A stretch of DNA of 64,000 bases from Eledone cirrhosa (lineage: Eukaryota). Shown here piece after piece: positions 14,401 to 29,553 of this stretch. Position 1 is the first letter of the stretch, and each line of letters begins with the position of its first letter. The notes under the pieces were generated by a model. The model searched no databases and was not told where the DNA came from. It saw only the letters and a list, made by a program, of their open reading frames with translations. The translations under genes and the position numbers were made by a program. Where the stretch lies: positions 12,152,001 through 12,216,000 of the forward strand of contig OZ024744.1 of NCBI GenBank assembly GCA_964016885.1, in the 5' to 3' direction.

Positions 14401-15489
14401 TCTATTTGTCCATCTAATGACGGTCTATAAGATAACACATTATATTTGTCCATCTAATGACGGTCTATAACCTAAAACATTCTATTTGACAATCTAATAA
14501 CTGTCTATAACACAGAACATTCTATTTGACCATCTAATGACTGTCTATAACATAACAGATTCTATTTCACCATCTAATGACTGACTAGAACGTAAAACAT
14601 TCTTTTTAACCATCTAATGACGGTATATAGCATAAAACATTCTATCTGACCATCTAATGCCTGTCTATAACATAAAACATTCTATTTGTCCATCTAATGA
14701 CTGTCTATAAGATAAAACATTTTATTTGTCCATCTAATGACGGTCTATAAGATAAAACATTCTATTTGTCCATCTAATGACGGTCTATAACATAAAACAT
14801 TCTATTTGACCATCTAATGACGGTCTATAGCATAAAAAATTCTATTTGACCATCTAATGACTCTCTGTAACATAAAACATTTATTTGACAATCTAATAAC
14901 TGTCTATAACACAGAACATTCTATTTGACCATCTAATGACTGTCTATAACATAACAGATTCTATTTCACCATCTAATGACTGACTAGAACGTAAAACATT
15001 CTTTTTAACCATCTAATGACGGTATATAGCATAAATCATTCTATCTGACCATCTAATGACTGTCTATAACATAAAACATTCTATTTGTCCATCTAATGAC
15101 TGTCTATAAGATAAAACATTCTATTTGTCTATCTAATGACGGTCTATAACATAACACATTATATTTGTCCATCTAATGACGGTCTATAACATAAAACATT
15201 CTATGTGACCATCTAATGACTGTCTATAACATAAAACATTCTATGTGACCATCTAATGACAGTCTATAACATAAAACATTCTATTTGACCATCAAATTAC
15301 TGTCTATAACATAAAACATTCTATCTGAGCATCTAATGACTGTCTATAACATAAAACATTCTATGTGACCATCTAATCACTGTCTATAACATAACACATT
15401 CTATTTCACCATCTAATGACGGTCTATAACTGAAAACATCTATTTGTCCATCTAATGACGGTCTATAACATAAAACATTCTATCCGACC

Positions 15490-18400
15490 ATATAATGACT
15501 GTCTATAACATAAAACATTCTATGTGACAATCTAATCACTGTCTATAACATAAAACATTCTTTTTATCCGTCTAATGAAGTCTATAACATAAAACATTCT
15601 ATTTGTCTATCTAATGACGGTCTATGACATTAAACATTCTATTTCACCATCTAATGACTGTTTATAACATAAAACATTTTATGTGACAATCTAATGACAG
15701 TCTATAACATAAAACATTCTACTTGACCATATAATGACTGTCTATAACATAAAACATTCTATGTGACCATCTAATTACGGTCTATAACATAAAACATTCT
15801 ATTTGTCCATCTAATGACGGTCTATAACATACAACATTCTATTTGACCATATAATGACGACTGTCTATAACATAAACATTCTATGTGACCATCTAATGAC
15901 GGTCTATAACAGAAAACATTCTATTTGACCATCTAATGACTGTCTATAACATAAAACATTCTATTTGTCCATCTAATGAGGTCTATAATATAAAACATTC
16001 TATTCGACCATATAATGACTGTCTATAACATAAAACATTCTATGTGACAATCTAATGACTGTCTATAACATAAAACATTCTTTTTATCCCTCTAATGAAG
16101 TCTATAACATAAAACATTCTATGTGACCATATAATGACTGTCTATAACATAAAACATTCTATTTTACCATCTAATGACTGTCTATAACATAAAACATTCT
16201 ATTTGACCATCTAATGACTGTCTATAACGTAACACATTCTATTTCACCATCTAATGACTGTGTATAACATAAAACATTCTATTTGACCATCTAATGACTG
16301 TCTATGACATAAAACATTCTATTTGACCATCTAATGACTGTCTATAACATAAAACATTCTATTTGACTATCTAATGAGTGTCTATAACATAAAACATTCT
16401 ACTTGACCATCTAATGACTCTCTATAACGTAAAACATTCTATGTGACCATCTAATGACTGTCTAAAACATGAAATATTCTATTTGACCATCTAATGAATG
16501 TCTATAACATAAAAGATTCTATGTGACCATCTAATGACTGTCTATAACATGAAATATTCTATTTGACCATCTAATGACTGTCTATAACATAAAAGATTCT
16601 ATGTGACCATCTAATGACTGTCTATAACATAAAACATTCTATTTGTCCATCTAATGACTGTCTATAACATACAGCATTCTATTTGTCCCTCTTATGACGG
16701 TCTATAACATAAAACATTCTATTTGACCATATAATGACTGTCTATAACATAAAACATTGTATGTGACCATCTAATGACTGTCTATAAGATAAAACATTCT
16801 ATTTGTCTATCTAATAACTGTCTATAACACAGAACATTCTATTTGACCATCTAATGACTGTCTATAACATAACAGATTCTATTTCACCATCTAATGACTG
16901 ACTAGAACGTAAAACATTCTTTTTAACCATCTAATGACGGTATATAGCATAAATCATTCTATCTGACCATCTAATGACTGTCTATAACATAAAACATTCT
17001 ATTTGTCCATCTAATGACTGTCTATAAGATAAAACATTCTATTTGTCTATCTAATGACGGTCTATAACATAACACATTATATTTGTCCATCTAATGACGG
17101 TCTATAACATAAAACATTCTATGTGACCATCTAATGACTGTCTATAACATAAAACATTCTATGTGACCATCTAATGACAGTCTATAACATAAAACATTCT
17201 ATTTGACCATCAAATTACTGTCTATAACATAAAACATTCTAGCTGAGCATCTAATGACTGTCTATAACATAAAACATTCTATGTGACCATCTAATCACTG
17301 TCTATAACATAGAACATTCTATTTGACCATCTAATGACTGTCTATAACATAACACATTCTATTTCACCATCTAATGACGGTCTATAACTGAAAACATCTA
17401 TTTGTCCATCTAATGACGGTCTATAACATAAAACATTCTATGTGACCATCTAATGACAGTCTATAAAGTAAAACATTCTATTTGAATATCTAATGACTGT
17501 CTATAACATAAAACATTCTATGTGACCATCAAATGACTGTCTATAACATAAAACATTCTATTTGACCATCTAATGACTGTCTATAACATGAAACATTCTA
17601 TTTGTACATCTAATGACGGTCTATAACATACAACATTTTATTTGACCATATTATGACTGTCTATAACTTAAAACATCTATGTGACCATCTAATGACAGTC
17701 TATAACATAAAACATTCTATTTGTCCATCTAATGACTGTCTATAACATAAAACATTCCATTTGTCTATCTAATGAAGGTCTATAACATAAAACATTCTAT
17801 TCGACCATATAATGACTGTCTATAACATAAAACATTCTATGTGACAATCTAATCACTGTCTATAACATAAAACATTCTTTTTATCCGTCTAATGAGGTCT
17901 ATAACATAAAACATTCTATTTGTCTATCTAATGACGGTCTATAACATTAAACATTCTATATCACCATCTAATGACTGTTTATAACATAAAACATTTTATG
18001 TGACAATCTAATGACAGTCTATAACATAAAACATTCTATTTGACCATCAAATGACTGTCTATAACATACAACATTCTACTTGACCATATAATGACTGTCT
18101 ATAACATAAAACATTCTATGTGACCATCTAATTACGGTCTATAACATAAAACATTCTATTTGTCCATCTAATGACGGTCTATAACATACAACATTCTATT
18201 TGACCATATAATGACGACTGTCTATAACATAAAACATTCTATGTGACCATCTAATGACGGTCTATAACAGAAAACATTCTATTTGACCATCTAATGACTG
18301 TCTATAACATAAAACATTCTATTTGTCCATCTAATGAGGTCTATAATATAAAACATTCTATTCGACCATCTAATGACTGACTAGAACGTAAAACATTCTT

Positions 18401-21400
18401 TTTAACCATCTAATGACGGTATATAGCATAAAACATTCTATCTGACCATCTAATGACTGTCTATAACATAAAACATTCTATTTGTCCATCTAATGACTGA
18501 CTATAAGATAAAACATTCTATTTGTCTATCTAATGACGGTCTATAAGATAAAACATTCTATTTGTCCATCTAATGACGGTCTATAACATAAAACATTCTA
18601 TTTGACCATCTAATGGCAGTCTCTAACATAAAATATTCTATTTGACCATCTAATGACGGTCTATAGCATAAAAAATTCTATTTGACCATCTAATAACTCT
18701 CTGTAACATAAAACATTTATTTGTCCATCTAATGACGGTCTATAACATAAAATATTCTATTTGACCATCTAATCACTATCTATAACATAAAACATTCTAT
18801 TTGTCCATCTAATGACGGTCTATAACATAAAACATTCTATTTCACCATCTAATGACTGTCTATAACATAAAACATTCTATGTGACCATCTAATTACTGTC
18901 TATAACATACAACATTCTATTTTACCATCTAATGACGGTCTATAACATAAAACCTTCTATTTAACCATCTAATGACTGTCTATAACATAAAACATTCTAT
19001 TTGTCCATCTAATGACTGTCTATAACATAAAACATTCTATTTGTCCATCTAATGACGGCTATAACATAAAACATTCTATTTGTCCATATAACGACTGTCT
19101 ATAACATAAAACATTCTATCTGACCATCTAATGACTGTCTATAACATAAAACATTCTATTTGTCCATCTAATGTCGGTCTATAACATAAAACATTATATT
19201 TGTCGATCTAATGACGGTCTATAACATTAAACATTCTATTTCACCATGTAATGACTGTCTATAACATAAAACATTCTATTTGACAATCTAATGACTGTCT
19301 ATAACATAAAACATTCTATTTGACTATCTAATGACTGTCTATAATATAAAACATTCTATTTGACCATCTAATCACTATCTATAACATAAAACATTCTATT
19401 TGTCCATCTAATGACGGTCTATAACATAAAACATTCTATTTCACCATCTAATGACTGTCTATAACATAAAACATTCTATTTGTCCATCTAATGACGGTCT
19501 ATAAGATAAAACATTCTATTTGTCCATCTAATGACGGTCTATAACATAAAACATTCTATTTGTCCATCTAATGACGGTCTATAACATACAACATTTTATT
19601 TGACCATATTATGACTGTCTATAACATAAAACATTCTATGTGACCATCTAATGACGGTCTATAACATAAAACATTCTATGTGACCATCAAATGACTGTCT
19701 ATAACATAAAACATTCTATTTGTCTATCTAATGACGGTCTATAACATAAAACATTCTATTTGACCATATAATGACTGTCTATAACATAAAACATTCTATG
19801 TGACAATCTAATCACTGTCTATAACATAAAACATTCTTTTTATCCGTCTAATGAAGTCTATAACATAAAACATTCTATTTGTCTATCTAATGACGGTCTA
19901 TAACATAAAACATTCTATTTGACCATCTAATGACTGTCTATAACATAACACATTCTATTTCACCATCTAATGACGGTCTATAACATAAAACATCTATTTG
20001 TCCATCTAATGACGGTCTATAACATAAAACATTCTAAGTGACCATCTAATGACAGTCTATAACATAAAACATTCTATTTGTCCATCTAATGACTGTCTAT
20101 AACATAAAACATTCTATTTGTCCATCTAATGACGGTCTATAACATAAAACATTCTATTTGTCCATCTAATGACGGTCTATTACATAAAACATACTATTTG
20201 ACCATCTAATCACTGTCTATACCATAAAACATTCTATTTGTCCATCTAATGACGGTCTTTAACATAAAACATTCTATTTGACAATCTAATAACTGTCTAT
20301 AACACAGAACATTCTATTTGACCATCTAATGACTGTCTATAACATAACATATTCTATTTTACCATCTAATGACTGACTAGAACGTAAAACATTCTTTTTA
20401 ACCATCTAATGACGGTATATAGCATAAAACATTCTATCTGACCATCTAATGCCTGTCTATAACATAAAACATTCTATTTGTCCATCTAATGACTGTCTAT
20501 GAGATAAAACATTTTATTTGTCCATCTAATGACGGTCTATAAGATAAAACATTCTATTTGTCCATCTAATGACGGTCTATAACATAAAACATTCTATTTG
20601 ACCATCTAATGACTGTCTATAACATAAAATATTCTATTTGACCATCTAATGACGGTCTATAGCATAAAAAATTCTATTTGACCATCTAATGACTCTCTGT
20701 AACATAAAACATTTATTTGTCCATCTAATGACGGTCTATAACATAAAATATTCTATTTGACCATATAATCACTATCTATAACATAAAACATTCTATTTGT
20801 CCATCTAATGACGGTCTATAACATAAAACATTCTATTTCACCATCTAATGACGGTCTATAACATAAAACATTCTATGTGACTGTCTATAACATAAAATAT
20901 TCTATTTGACCATCTAATGACGGTCTATAACATAAAAAAATCTATTTAACCATCTAATGACTGTCTATAACATAAAACATTCTATTTGTCCATCTAATGA
21001 CGGTCTATAAGATAACACATTATATTTGTGCATCTAATGACGGTCTATAACATAAAACATTCTATTTGACAATCTAATAACTGTCTATAACACAGAACAT
21101 TCTATTTGACCATCTAATGACTGTCTATAACATAACAGATTCTATTTCACCATCTAATGACTGACTAGAACGTAAAACATTCTTTTTAACCATCTAATGA
21201 CGGTATATAGCATAAAACATTCTATCTGACCATCTAATGACTGTCTATAACATAAAACATTCTATTTGTCCATCTAATGACTGTCTATAAGATAAAACAT
21301 TCTATTTGTCTATCTAATGACGGTCTATAACATAAAACATTCTATTTGACAATCTAATAACTGTCTATAACACAGAACATTCTATTTGACCATCTAATGA

Positions 21401-24400
21401 CTGTCTATAACATAACAGATTCTATTTCACCATCTAATGACTGACTAGAACGTAAAACATTCTTTTTAACCATCTAATGACGGTATATAGCATAAATCAT
21501 TCTATCTGACCATCTAATGACTGTCTATAACATAAAACATTCTATTTGTCCATCTAATGACTGTCTATAAGATAAAACATTCTATTTGTCTATGTAATGA
21601 CGGTCTATAACATAACACATTATATTTGTCCATCTAATGACGGTCTATAACATAAAACATTCTATGTGACCATCTAATGACTGTCTATAACATAAAACAT
21701 TCTATGTGACCATTTAATGACAGTCTATAACATAAAACATTCTATTTGACCATCAAATTACTGTCTATAACATAAAACATTCTATCTGAGCATCTAATGA
21801 CTGTCTATAACATAAAACATTCTATGTGACCATCTAATCACTGTCTATAACATAACACATTCTATTTCACCATCTAATGACGGTCTATAACTGAAAACAT
21901 CTATTTGTCCATCTAATGACGGTCTATAACATAAAACATTCTATGTGACCATCTAATGACAGTCTATAAAGTAAAACATTCTATTTGAATATCTAATGAC
22001 TGTCTATAACATAAAACATTCTATGTGACCATCAAATGACTGTCTATAACATAAAACATTCTATTTGACCATCTAATGACTGTCTATAACATGAAACATT
22101 CTATTTGTCCATCTAATGACGGTCAATAACATAAAACATTCTATTTGTCCATCTAATGACGGTCTATAACATACAACATTTTATTTGACCATATTATGAC
22201 TGTCTATAACATAAAACATTCTATGTGACCATCTAATGACGGTCTATAACATAAAACATTCTATGTGACCATCAAATGACTGTCTATAACATAAAACATT
22301 CTATTTGTCTATCTAATGACGGTCTATAACATAAAACATTCTATTTGACCATATAATGACTGTCTATAACATAAAACATTCTATGTGACAATCTAATCAC
22401 TGTCTATAACATAAAACATTCTTTTTATCCGTCTAATGAAGTCTATAACATAAAACATTCTATTTGTCTATCTAATGACGGTCTATAACATAAAACATTC
22501 TATTTGACCATCTAATGACTGTCTATAACATAAAACATTCTATGTGACAATCTAATCACTGTCTATAACATAAAACATTCTTTTTATCCGTCTAATGAAG
22601 TCTATAACATAAAACATTCTATTTGTCTATCTAATGACGGTCTATGACATTAAACATTCTATTTCACCATCTAATGACTGTTTATAACATAAAACATTTT
22701 ATGTGACAATCTAATGACAGTCTATAACATAAAACATTCTACTTGACCATATAATGACTGTCTATAACATAAAACATTCTATGTGACCATCTAATTACGG
22801 TCTATAACATAAAACATTCTATTTGTCCATCTAATGACGGTCTATAACATACAACATTCTATTTGACCATATAATGACGACTGTCTATAACATAAACATT
22901 CTATGTGACCATCTAATGACGGTCTATAACAGAAAACATTCTATTTGACCATCTAATGACTGTCTATAACATAAAACATTCTATTTGTCCATCTAATGAG
23001 GTCTATAATATAAAACATTCTATTCGACCATATAATGACTGTCTATAACATAAAACATTCTATGTGACAATCTAATGACTGTCTATAACATAAAACATTC
23101 TTTTTATCCCTCTAATGAAGTCTATAACATAAAACATTCTATGTGACCATATAATGACTGTCTATAACATAAAACATTCTATTTTACCATCTAATGACTG
23201 TCTATAACATAAAACATTCTATTTGACCATCTAATGACTGTCTATAACGTAACACATTCTATTTCACCATCTAATGACTGTGTATAACATAAAACATTCT
23301 ATTTGACCATCTAATGACTGTCTATGACATAAAACATTCTATTTGACCATCTAATGACTGTCTATAACATAAAACATTCTATTTGACTATCTAATGAGTG
23401 TCTATAACATAAAACATTCTACTTGACCATCTAATGACTCTCTATAACGTAAAACATTCTATGTGACCATCTAATGACTGTCTATAACATGAAATATTCT
23501 ATTTGACCATCTAATGACTGTCTATAACATAAAAGATTCTATGTGACCATCTAATGACTGTCTATAACATGAAATATTCTATTTGACCATCTAATGACTG
23601 TCTATAACATAAAAGATTCTATGTGACCATCTAATGACTGTCTATAACATAAAACATTCTATTTGTCCATCTAATGACTGTCTATAACATACAGCATTCT
23701 ATTTGTCCCTCTTATGACGGTCTATAACATAAAACATTCTATTTGACCATATAATGACTGTCTATAACATAAAACATTGTATGTGACCATCTAATGACTG
23801 TCTATAAGATAAAACATTCTATTTGTCTATCTAATAACTGTCTATAACACAGAACATTCTATTTGACCATCTAATGACTGTCTATAACATAACAGATTCT
23901 ATTTCACCATCTAATGACTGACTAGAACGTAAAACATTCTTTTTAACCATCTAATGACGGTATATAGCATAAATCATTCTATCTGACCATCTAATGACTG
24001 TCTATAACATAAAACATTCTATTTGTCCATCTAATGACTGTCTATAAGATAAAACATTCTATTTGTCTATCTAATGACGGTCTATAACATAACACATTAT
24101 ATTTGTCCATCTAATGACGGTCTATAACATAAAACATTCTATGTGACCATCTAATGACTGTCTATAACATAAAACATTCTATGTGACCATCTAATGACAG
24201 TCTATAACATAAAACATTCTATTTGACCATCAAATTACTGTCTATAACATAAAACATTCTAGCTGAGCATCTAATGACTGTCTATAACATAAAACATTCT
24301 ATGTGACCATCTAATCACTGTCTATAACATAGAACATTCTATTTGACCATCTAATGACTGTCTATAACATAACACATTCTATTTCACCATCTAATGACGG

Positions 24401-27400
24401 TCTATAACTGAAAACATCTATTTGTCCATCTAATGACGGTCTATAACATAAAACATTCTATGTGACCATCTAATGACAGTCTATAAAGTAAAACATTCTA
24501 TTTGAATATCTAATGACTGTCTATAACATAAAACATTCTATGTGACCATCAAATGACTGTCTATAACATAAAACATTCTATTTGACCATCTAATGACTGT
24601 CTATAACATGAAACATTCTATTTGTACATCTAATGACGGTCTATAACATACAACATTTTATTTGACCATATTATGACTGTCTATAACTTAAAACATCTAT
24701 GTGACCATCTAATGACAGTCTATAACATAAAACATTCTATTTGTCCATCTAATGACTGTCTATAACATAAAACATTCCATTTGTCTATCTAATGAAGGTC
24801 TATAACATAAAACATTCTATTCGACCATATAATGACTGTCTATAACATAAAACATTCTATGTGACAATCTAATCACTGTCTATAACATAAAACATTCTTT
24901 TTATCCGTCTAATGAGGTCTATAACATAAAACATTCTATTTGTCTATCTAATGACGGTCTATAACATTAAACATTCTATATCACCATCTAATGACTGTTT
25001 ATAACATAAAACATTTTATGTGACAATCTAATGACAGTCTATAACATAAAACATTCTATTTGACCATCAAATGACTGTCTATAACATACAACATTCTACT
25101 TGACCATATAATGACTGTCTATAACATAAAACATTCTATGTGACCATCTAATTACGGTCTATAACATAAAACATTCTATTTGTCCATCTAATGACGGTCT
25201 ATAACATACAACATTCTATTTGACCATATAATGACGACTGTCTATAACATAAAACATTCTATGTGACCATCTAATGACGGTCTATAACAGAAAACATTCT
25301 ATTTGACCATCTAATGACTGTCTATAACATAAAACATTCTATTTGTCCATCTAATGAGGTCTATAATATAAAACATTCTATTCGACCATCTAATGACTGA
25401 CTAGAACGTAAAACATTCTTTTTAACCATCTAATGACGGTATATAGCATAAAACATTCTATCTGACCATCTAATGACTGTCTATAACATAAAACATTCTA
25501 TTTGTCCATCTAATGACTGACTATAAGATAAAACATTCTATTTGTCTATCTAATGACGGTCTATAAGATAAAACATTCTATTTGTCCATCTAATGACGGT
25601 CTATAACATAAAACATTCTATTTGACCATCTAATGGCAGTCTCTAACATAAAATATTCTATTTGACCATCTAATGACGGTCTATAGCATAAAAAATTCTA
25701 TTTGACCATCTAATGACTCTCTGTAACATAAAACATTTATTTGTCCATCTAATGACGGTCTATAACATAAAATATTCTATTTGACCATCTAATCACTATC
25801 TATAACATAAAACATTCTATTTGTCCATCTAATGACGGTCTATAACATAAAACATTCTATTTCACCATCTAATGACTGTCTATAACATAAAACATTCTAT
25901 GTGACCATCTAATTACTGTCTATAACATACAACATTCTATTTTACCATCTAATGACGGTCTATAACATAAAACCTTCTATTTAACCATCTAATGACTGTC
26001 TATAACATAAAACATTCTATTTGTCCATCTAATGACTGTCTATAACATAAAACATTCTATTTGTCCATCTAATGACGGCTATAACATAAAACATTCTATT
26101 TGTCCATATAACGACTGTCTATAACATAAAACATTCTATCTGACCATCTAATGACTGTCTATAACATAAAACATTCTATTTGTCCATCTAATGTCGGTCT
26201 ATAACATAAAACATTATATTTGTCGATCTAATGACGGTCTATAACATTAAACATTCTATTTCACCATGTAATGACTGTCTATAACATAAAACATTCTATT
26301 TGACAATCTAATGACTGTCTATAACATAAAACATTCTATTTGACTATCTAATGACTGTCTATAATATAAAACATTCTATTTGACCATCTAATCACTATCT
26401 ATAACATAAAACATTCTATTTGTCCATCTAATGACGGTCTATAACATAAAACATTCTATTTCACCATCTAATGACTGTCTATAACATAAAACATTCTATT
26501 TGTCCATCTAATGACGGTCTATAAGATAAAACATTCTATTTGTCCATCTAATGACGGTCTATAACATAAAACATTCTATTTGTCCATCTAATGACGGTCT
26601 ATAACATACAACATTTTATTTGACCATATTATGACTGTCTATAACATAAAACATTCTATGTGACCATCTAATGACGGTCTATAACATAAAACATTCTATG
26701 TGACCATCAAATGACTGTCTATAACATAAAACATTCTATTTGTCTATCTAATGACGGTCTATAACATAAAACATTCTATTTGACCATATAATGACTGTCT
26801 ATAACATAAAACATTCTATGTGACAATCTAATCACTGTCTATAACATAAAACATTCTTTTTATCCGTCTAATGAAGTCTATAATATAAAACATTCTATTT
26901 GTCTATCTAATGACGGTCTATAACATAAAACATTCTATTTGACCATCTAATGACTGTCTATAACATAACACATTCTATTTCACCATCTAATGACGGTCTA
27001 TAACATAAAACATCTATTTGTCCATCTAATGACGGTCTATAACATAAAACATTCTAAGTGACCATCTAATGACAGTCTATAACTTAAAACATTCTATTTG
27101 TCCATCTAATGACTGTCTATAACATAAAACATTCTATTTGTCCATCTAATGACGGTCTATAACATAAAACATTCTATTTGTCCATCTAATGACGGTCTAT
27201 TACATAAAACATACTATTTGACCATCTAATCACTGTCTATAACATAAAACATTCTATTTGTCCATCTAATGACGGTCTTTAACATAAAACATTCTATTTG
27301 ACAATCTAATAACTGTCTATAACACAGAACATTCTATTTGACCATCTAATGACTGTCTATAACATAACATATTCTATTTTACCATCTAATGACTGACTAG

Positions 27401-29553
27401 AACGTAAAACATTCTTTTTAACCATCTAATGACGGTATATAGCATAAAACATTCTATCTGACCATCTAATGCCTGTCTATAACATAAAACATTCTATTTG
27501 TCCATCTAATGACTGTCTATAAGATAAAACATTTTATTTGTCCATCTAATGACGGTCTATAAGATAAAACATTCTATTTGTCCATCTAATGACGGTCTAT
27601 AACATAAAACATTCTATTTGACCATCTAATGACTGTCTATAACATAAAATATTCTATTTGACCATCTAATGACGGTCTATAGCATAAAAAATTCTATTTG
27701 ACCATCTAATGACTCTCTGTAACATAAAACATTTATTTGTCCATCTAATGACGGTCTATAACATAAAATATTCTATTTGACCATATAATCACTATCTATA
27801 ACATAAAACATTCTATTTGTCCATCTAATGACGGTCTATAACATAAAACATTCTATTTCACCATCTAATGACGGTCTATAACATAAAACATTCTATTTGA
27901 CTGTCTATAACATAAAATATTCTATTTGACCATCTAATGACGGTCTATAACATAAAAAAATCTATTTAACCATCTAATGACTGTCTATAACATAAAACAT
28001 TCTATTTGTCCATCTAATGACGGTCTATAAGATAACACATTATATTTGTCCATCTAATGACGGTCTATAACATAAAACATTCTATTTGACAATCTAATAA
28101 CTGTCTATAACACAGAACATTCTATTTGACCATCTAATGACTGTCTATAACATAACAGATTCTATTTCACCATCTAATGACTGACTAGAACGTAAAACAT
28201 TCTTTTTAACCATCTAATGACGGTATATAGCATAAAACATTCTATCTGACCATCTAATGACTGTCTATAACATAAAACATTCTATTTGTCCATCTAATGA
28301 CTGTCTATAAGATAAAACATTCTATTTGTCTATCTAATGACGGTCTATAACATAAAACATTCTATTTGACAATCTAATAACTGTCTATAACACAGAACAT
28401 TCTATTTGACCATCTAATGACTGTCTATAACATAACAGATTCTATTTCACCATCTAATGACTGACTAGAACGTAAAACATTCTTTTTAACCATCTAATGA
28501 CGGTATATAGCATAAATCATTCTATCTGACCATCTAATGACTGTCTATAACATAAAACATTCTATTTGTCCATCTAATGACTGTCTATAAGATAAAACAT
28601 TCTATTTGTCTATCTAATGACGGTCTATAACATAACACATTATATTTGTCCATCTAATGACGGTCTATAACATAAAACATTCTATGTGACCATCTAATGA
28701 CTGTCTATAACATAAAACATTCTATGTGACCATTTAATGACAGTCTATAACATAAAACATTCTATTTGACCATCAAATTACTGTCTATAACATAAAACAT
28801 TCTATCTGAGCATCTAATGACTGTCTATAACATAAAACATTCTATGTGACCATCTAATCACTGTCTATAACATAACACATTCTATTTCACCATCTAATGA
28901 CGGTCTATAACTGAAAACATCTATTTGTCCATCTAATGACGGTCTATAACATAAAACATTCTATGTGACCATCTAATGACAGTCTATAAAGTAAAACATT
29001 CTATTTGAATATCTAATGACTGTCTATAACATAAAACATTCTATGTGACCATCAAATGACTGTCTATAACATAAAACATTCTATTTGACCATCTAATGAC
29101 TGTCTATAACATGAAACATTCTATTTGTCCATCTAATGACGGTCAATAACATAAAACATTCTATTTGTCCATCTAATGACGGTCTATAACATACAACATT
29201 TTATTTGACCATATTATGACTGTCTATAACATAAAACATTCTATGTGACCATCTAATGACGGTCTATAACATAAAACATTCTATGTGACCATCAAATGAC
29301 TGTCTATAACATAAAACATTCTATTTGTCTATCTAATGACGGTCTATAACATAAAACATTCTATTTGACCATATAATGACTGTCTATAACATAAAACATT
29401 CTATGTGACAATCTAATCACTGTCTATAACATAAAACATTCTTTTTATCCGTCTAATGAAGTCTATAACATAAAACATTCTATTTGTCTATCTAATGACG
29501 GTCTATAACATAAAACATTCTATTTGACCATCTAATGACTGTCTATAACATAA
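15490..29553. repeat. Near-perfect tandem duplication, period 7020 bp (about 15490-22533 and 22510-29553)
   Basis: Printed lines from 15541 onward match lines from 22561 onward in register up to about 22533/29553. I found about 10 single-base differences by eye (e.g. lines 16441/23461, 18661/25681, 20221/27241, 21541/28561). Confidence 0.95.
16450..16620. repeat. Local 2-monomer (80 bp) tandem duplication, also at about 23470-23640
   Basis: GAAATATTCT occurs at 16471/16551 and AAAAGATTCT at 16511/16591. The homologous segments at about 1390 and 10130 have only one copy. Confidence 0.85.
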
